The notes under the pieces are model-generated. The model searched no databases. It was not told where the DNA came from and was given only the letters and a program-made list of their open reading frames with translations. A stretch of 51,310 nucleotides of DNA from Chlorokybus atmophyticus (taxonomy: Eukaryota > Plantae > Mesostigma and Chlorokybus algae), in NCBI GenBank assembly GCA_009103225.1, contig RHPI01002888.1, positions 150,102 to 201,411 of the forward strand, in the 5' to 3' direction. Of this stretch, positions 49,001 through 51,310 are shown piece by piece. The translations under genes and the position numbers were made by a program. How positions within the stretch are numbered: the stretch's first letter is position 1; each line of letters starts with the position of its first letter.

Positions 49001-51310
49001 GTATGTATGCACGTGCGTGCGTGCGTGCCCTTGCATGCTTGTGTGGGCAGTGCGCATGCATGTGTGAGCAGTGCGGTCTATGAGCTCGGTTGTGAGCATG
49101 TGCATGCGCATTCACACATGAGCAATTTCTCGCACTCCACGCGCACGCACGTAAGCGCACACTTATGCGCATACACACACTCATGGTACCTTGAGGATGG
49201 TGGAGAGCGTGGGCAGCTGGGCGAGGTAGTGCTTGAGTATACATTCTCTTGGCAGCGGGTTGCTGATGCTTGGAGGGCACTCCGCGTACCTGCGCGTGCA
49301 CGTGCGCACAATAAATGCGCGTGCGTGCGTGCATCTCCTTAAGGAGGAGGAGGGANNNNNNNNGGGGGGGCACACACCTGTTCACATGCATAGTATACAC
49401 GCACAACTGCCTCATAGGCCGCACTGAACAGTGCGGCCTATCAGCCAGCCCACAACAGCTGGACAGTGCGCCGCCGGCGGCTTATGAGCCGACTGTAACA
49501 ATGTGACTGTGTGTACGCATGCTTGGTGTGGATTAGGGTGAGGGTGAGTATGATTTTGAATATATGCAAGATGCCAGCTCGGGTTGTATGTTTTTTGCAT
49601 GCCGCTGGCATGCGTGTGAGTATGCTTGTGCAGTGATAGGCAGGGATGACAGTACGTAGCTTGGTGTGACGATGTTGCTGTTATTGGAAAGAGAGTGTAT
49701 GTGAGTGCGTGTGGAGTTCTATGTGCCAAATTCTGCATGAGCACACAATAGCATGGCTTGCCTCAATGGACGCAGCGACGGTGTCGCGGGGCAGCGTAAG
49801 CAAAGCTGAGCCGCTTTGATTTGCTCGCAGCAACAACCATGGCACAACACCTGCTCCTGTCAGAACATGTGCGTGTATGTGATTGTGGCGGGAGACAGGG
49901 GAGAGGNGGGGACAGCAACAGCGTTTACCACGTCGGCAGACTGCACACGATTTATGTGCAATATGGCGACATCAACATCATATTGGCGACGCCACCATCA
50001 ACAGTGAGAATGCCAGCACACACACACGCGCACCCACCCACCCACCTCCGGTGCGCAAGATGGGCAAAATCAGACTCGGTACTTGGCAGGGTGCTGGTGC
50101 GCTCTAGCCGGGTAGATGCGCACAAACACTGTAGCATTGACCAACGTCGGGATGCGGTCAGCATCAACTGCGAAGCTCACCAGCACCTTCACCTCGCTGT
50201 TTGGGCGGAGCAACGACGTGAACTGCAATGCTTGTGCGTGATCGGTATCAGCATTGGTGGAGAGGGGAGGAGGAGAGCCAACTGGCGCAGATGCATACAC
50301 ATGTCCGTAGGGGGTGGTGAGGTGCTTCAATGTGCTTCAGCGTAGGCATTTGCATGCCCACACGCTGCTCACCTGGATGATGCTCTTTTCACAACGTGTT
50401 CGTCCTGGAGGCAGAAATCCGTGCATCACATCTACGCCTGCATTGGGGAGCAGTAAATTATGAACAGCTTGTACCATGGACACGTTGTCACATGCAATTG
50501 CAAATGTGTGTACTCATTGACCGGATGTGCCCAAGCATGTGTGCACACCTGCATGCTCTGTGATCTGCACACATGCTGACGTGTGCATGTTACGTGCATG
50601 CACATTCCCAAATGGCACACTCAACCGCTCGAGCACAAATCTGAGCACCCTCCCAGTGCGAACACTAGGTGCATATACGCACTCAGTGATTATAAGGCTC
50701 GGTTACTAGTAAGCTTAAAGCAATGATCTGTCATTGCTGTGCATTTGCACCAATCCACCCACCCACCCTCTCGCACACACTCAGTGTGCGCGTAGCACGC
50801 ACATACCTCCTATCAAGACGCCGGCGACGGCGTTGGCAGGTAGTCTGCGGTCTGAAACTCTGCAATCAGGGTGGCACCCAGCCAGCCCGGGGCATCGCAA
50901 CAGTACGCTTCAGTAGGTGGGACATACGCCGTTCTGGACACTTGTGGTGCGCGCGCGCACGTGCGTGAGGGCATAAGACGCGTGCATATATGCTAGTAAT
51001 TAGGGGGGAGGGTGTTTGCAAGCGTGGAAACATCAACATGCACACACCTTCTGCGTGGGCGACGTCTGGAAGGAGTAGCGCGCCACCTGCACGCTGCAGT
51101 AAGCATGCGTGATGAAGCGCATGCTCATGCGCATGCGCGTGTCCGTGCGCATGGGCATGCGTGTGTGCATGCAGTCAGTTTAATAAGTGGTTGGGTTAGT
51201 GCATGAAGTAGGCTCTTGAGCACAATACCTGTGGCTGTGGGAGTACAAGTATAAGCGGAAAAAACACCCTGTCCCAAGCTGAACACGCAGTTCATGCATA
51301 CACGCCCCCC

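Larger units (their letters stand above)
45800..49490. repeat. Dispersed array of a 34-bp palindrome (CTCATAGGCCGCACTG-NN-CAGTGCGGCCTATGAG), interrupted by C2
   Basis: About 10 full or half copies; perfect copy at 46872-46905; 65-bp inverted repeat 46416-46480 / 49411-49475. Confidence 0.8.

Noticed and set aside
45800-49490. CRISPR array
   Set aside because: Spacing is irregular, there are no unique constant-length spacers or cas genes, and the context is eukaryotic.
50070-50960. Possible minus-strand exons of another gene (..LQFTSLLRPNSEVKVLVSFAVDADRIPT..)
   Set aside because: Splice-like sites exist, but I could not join them in phase or recognise a domain; needs RNA-seq.

Overview
Eukaryotic genomic scaffold with spliceosomal introns and several N gaps. 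A green-lineage alga, plausibly a streptophyte, is inferred from a CH-domain kinesin-14, chromoviruses and an MTase-carrying gypsy element. About 26 kb (3993-29800) is a nested retrotransposon stack. An old minus-strand chromovirus (A1) carries two insertions of a second gypsy-type family (B1 5713-8000; B2 11621-29166; both with 4-bp TSDs). B2 in turn hosts a truncated chromovirus (A2) and a Gag-protease-only copia element (C1). B2 is the standout. It encodes Gag, an unassigned region, protease, a C5 cytosine DNA methyltransferase, RT, a DDE integrase and a PHD finger. Its termini are not ordinary LTRs but split direct repeats (A...B-A-B) with no recognisable tRNA PBS, an arrangement normally associated with tyrosine-recombinase retroelements. 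To the right lie an apparently intact 16-exon CH-domain kinesin-14 gene (30441-36769, minus), a Penelope-like RT fragment with hairpin repeats, a TA-flanked MITE, an intron-containing pogo-type transposon, a palindromic repeat array and a young non-autonomous copia element (C2). All TE coding regions are disrupted. Alignments, identities and exon models were done by eye.
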